DNA of 64,000 bases from Actinomycetales bacterium (GTDB lineage: Bacteria; Actinomycetota; Actinomycetes; Actinomycetales; CAWJMD01): positions 128,760-192,759 of the forward strand of contig JBKECN010000034.1 of the NCBI GenBank assembly GCA_047974565.1, given 5' to 3'. The position numbers were made by a program, and so were the translations under genes. Of this stretch, positions 62,104 to 64,000 are shown piece after piece; within the stretch, counting starts at the first letter, position 1, and the number at the start of each line of letters is the position of its first letter. The notes under the pieces are model-generated. The model worked only from the letters and a program-made list of their open reading frames with translations. It was not told where the DNA came from and searched no databases.

Positions 62104-63417
62104 ATGAGTGCACCGGCCCGCGACCACGAGGACACCACCCGCGCCGCCGCCGACCATCCGCTCCCCCGCCCTGGGACGGACCTCGGACGCACGAGGGGTC
62201 TCGGACGCACGAGGGGTCTCGGGTGGACCGGGCGGACCCGTAGGCGGCGACGGCTCACCTGGTTCCTGCGAGCGCTGCGGGTGGCCGGTTGGCGTCTGGT
62301 CTGGTGGTTGTGTGGCGGACTGCGAGTCCGCGGCGAGCGGCCCACCGGGCCCGCGGTGGTGATCGCCAACCACCGCTCCCACGCTGATTCGGCGGCCCTG
62401 CTGGCTGCCCTGCCGGCGGGCTCGCAGGTGGTCTTCGCCGCGGCGGCGGACTATTGGGCCACTCGCACGTCCCGGCGGCTGGCGGCCTCCTGGCTGGTGC
62501 CGGCGATTGCGGTCGAGCGGTGCGGCCAGGGTGCCTACGCCCAGCTTCGGGCCACCGCCCGTCCGGTACTGGCGGACGGCGGCATCGTGGTGATCTACCC
62601 CGAAGGCACCCGCGGGAGTGACCCCGAGCCGGGACCTTTCCGAGCCGGGGCCGCGCACCTGGCCCGCGACCTCGGTGTGCCTCTCGTCCCGGCGGCCATC
62701 GTCGGTACCGACCGGGTGCTGGGCCGATCCGGCCGTCTGCACCGACGCCCGGTGGCGGTGGCCTTCGGCGCCCCGATGGACGGCGAGGCCATCCCCACCG
62801 ACGGACGGCGGCTGCGAGAGACGGTCGTGCGCGTGATCCCTCAGGCGGAGCCGCCCGGCCCGCACCCCTGGTTCACCGCAGTCTCCCGCCGCCTGGCCGG
62901 GCGTGGCGCCGGCCGAGCCGCCTTCGCCTGGGGTTTCGCCGAGGCGTTGGTGTGGCCACTGCTGCCGGAATTGACGCTCATCCTGTGGGGGGTGAGCCTG
63001 CCCCGCAGGATCCTGCGACAGGCCGCGCTGCTCACCCTGGGCTCGGTGGCGGGGATCGTCCTGCACGCGTGGTTGGCCTCCCACGGGGTGAGCCTGCCCC
63101 TGCCGCTGACCACCGAGCGGATGATCGACCGGGCTGCCGGCGACCTGAGCACGGGAGCCTGGGGGCTGCTCCCCCAAGTGACCAGCGGAATACCGGTCAA
63201 GGTCTACGCGGCCCAGGCCGGCGCCATCCCGCTCACCGACCTGGCCCTGGCCGCCCTGGTGGCACGCGGCGCACGGATCATGCTGGTGGGCCTGGGGTTG
63301 AGCGTCGCGGCGCGGCTGGCCCGCCCGCTGCTGCAGCGGTACTACCCGGGGTACCTGCTGGTGGCCGGGTCTGTCTTCATCCTGGCGCTGGCACGGATCG
63401 TGTGGAGGTGGTCGTAG
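62104..63417 (+). CDS. Lysophospholipid (PlsC-type) acyltransferase fused to a polytopic membrane domain (DedA/YqaA-like?)
   Basis: NHRSHADS (HX4D) and YPEGTRG acyltransferase motifs are in the N-half. The C-half (~190 aa) has 4-5 hydrophobic segments (FAWGFAEALVWPLLPE...). ATG lies 2 nt after the upstream stop. Confidence 0.75.
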   Translation: MSAPARDHEDTTRAAADHPLPRPGTDLGRTRGLGRTRGLGWTGRTRRRRRLTWFLRALRVAGWRLVWWLCGGLRVRGERPTGPAVVIANHRSHADSAALLAALPAGSQVVFAAAADYWATRTSRRLAASWLVPAIAVERCGQGAYAQLRATARPVLADGGIVVIYPEGTRGSDPEPGPFRAGAAHLARDLGVPLVPAAIVGTDRVLGRSGRLHRRPVAVAFGAPMDGEAIPTDGRRLRETVVRVIPQAEPPGPHPWFTAVSRRLAGRGAGRAAFAWGFAEALVWPLLPELTLILWGVSLPRRILRQAALLTLGSVAGIVLHAWLASHGVSLPLPLTTERMIDRAAGDLSTGAWGLLPQVTSGIPVKVYAAQAGAIPLTDLALAALVARGARIMLVGLGLSVAARLARPLLQRYYPGYLLVAGSVFILALARIVWRWS

Positions 63418-63516
63418 CCGGGCTGGCCCATCCCTTGTCTGGTCATCCCGGGCTGGTCATCCCCGGGCTCGTCCTGGCCACGCGGGGTACCGGTGATCGG
63501 GTCAGCGGAGAACGAC

Positions 63517-64000
63517 TCAGTCCCGGTAGGACGTGCGGATCGCCGCACGTTCCAGATCCACCTGGCGGCGCGGCTTGTTGACGGGCAGGGTCACCGGCCC
63601 GGCCTGTGCCTTGGCCAGGAAGCGCGACATCCGCCCGAACGACTGCGGGCGACAGTAGTGGTATCCCTGGGCGGCGTCGGCGCCGGCCGCCGAGGCGCAG
63701 GCGAGCTGCTCTGCAGTCTCGACGCCCTCCACCACGACGCTGACTCCCAGGTAGTGGCCGAGTTCGGTGATCGCCGAGACGAGCGAGCCCCCGCGAGAGG
63801 TGTCCGAGTGCAGAACGGTCCGGTCGATCTTCAGCACGTCCGGTTCGACCCCGAGCACCAGCCCCAACGAGAAATACCCGGCGCCGAAGTCGTCGATGGC
63901 GACCTTCACCCCGTACTCGCGCAAGCTGGTGATCTCCGGTGAGATGCCGCCGGCATGCTCCATCGCCGAGGTCTCGGTGACCTCGAGAGTGAGGGCGTCC
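63517..64000 (-). CDS. EAL domain protein, C-terminal part (5' end beyond the right window edge)
   Basis: LTLEVTE (at the edge), DDFGAGYFSL, KIDRTV, VVEGVETAEQ, QGYHYCRP. The frame stays open to position 64000. Confidence 0.85.
   Translation of the reverse strand, partial: DALTLEVTETSAMEHAGGISPEITSLREYGVKVAIDDFGAGYFSLGLVLGVEPDVLKIDRTVLHSDTSRGGSLVSAITELGHYLGVSVVVEGVETAEQLACASAAGADAAQGYHYCRPQSFGRMSRFLAKAQAGPVTLPVNKPRRQVDLERAAIRTSYRD

Overview
This is a high-G+C actinobacterial chromosomal segment. No tools were used. Family calls come from motifs I recognise by eye, and start codons are often ambiguous.

Backbone: most of the window is the conserved housekeeping block era-ybeY-phoH-HIT-dnaJ-hrcA-DUF3097-hemW-MOSC-lepA ... 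rpsT-holA-comEC-comEA ... degV-leuS. To its left lie leuA, a two-component system with a MacB-type ABC exporter, an M4 protease, asd and cysE. No tRNA, rRNA or CRISPR array was recognised.

Accessory material sits inside this backbone:
- 2-3560: a visibly lower-G+C island edge carrying the last three genes of a Z1 / PD-(D/E)XK / DUF4357 restriction-like cassette. It is bounded by an intact ISL3 element with 27-bp inverted repeats and an 8-bp target duplication.
- 38522-39685 and 48420-49607: two paralogous secreted Cys-containing proteins of no family I recognise.
- 47292-53411: the second paralog sits in an apparent operon with a 1267-aa tandem-cyclase / AAA / TPR STAND-like protein, next to a Crp-type cNMP receptor. 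This is my best candidate for an undescribed signalling system.
- 41096-43776: a decayed cupin/CMD/amidohydrolase islet and a vapBC pair, with three copies of a ~65-nt palindromic repeat in and around it.
- 58442-64000: a PAS-GGDEF-EAL protein, an accessory phospholipid operon (CDP-alcohol transferase, CdsA-like, PlsC-membrane fusion) and a second EAL gene.

Other notable items:
- An M4 protealysin-like protease fused to an emfourin-like C-terminus.
- A 256-bp x ~2.5 noncoding tandem array.
- A 166-nt rod-like hairpin in a divergent intergenic region.
- A canonical terminator just upstream of leuS.
- A recurrent pattern of short tandem duplications that contain the stop codon of the adjacent gene.
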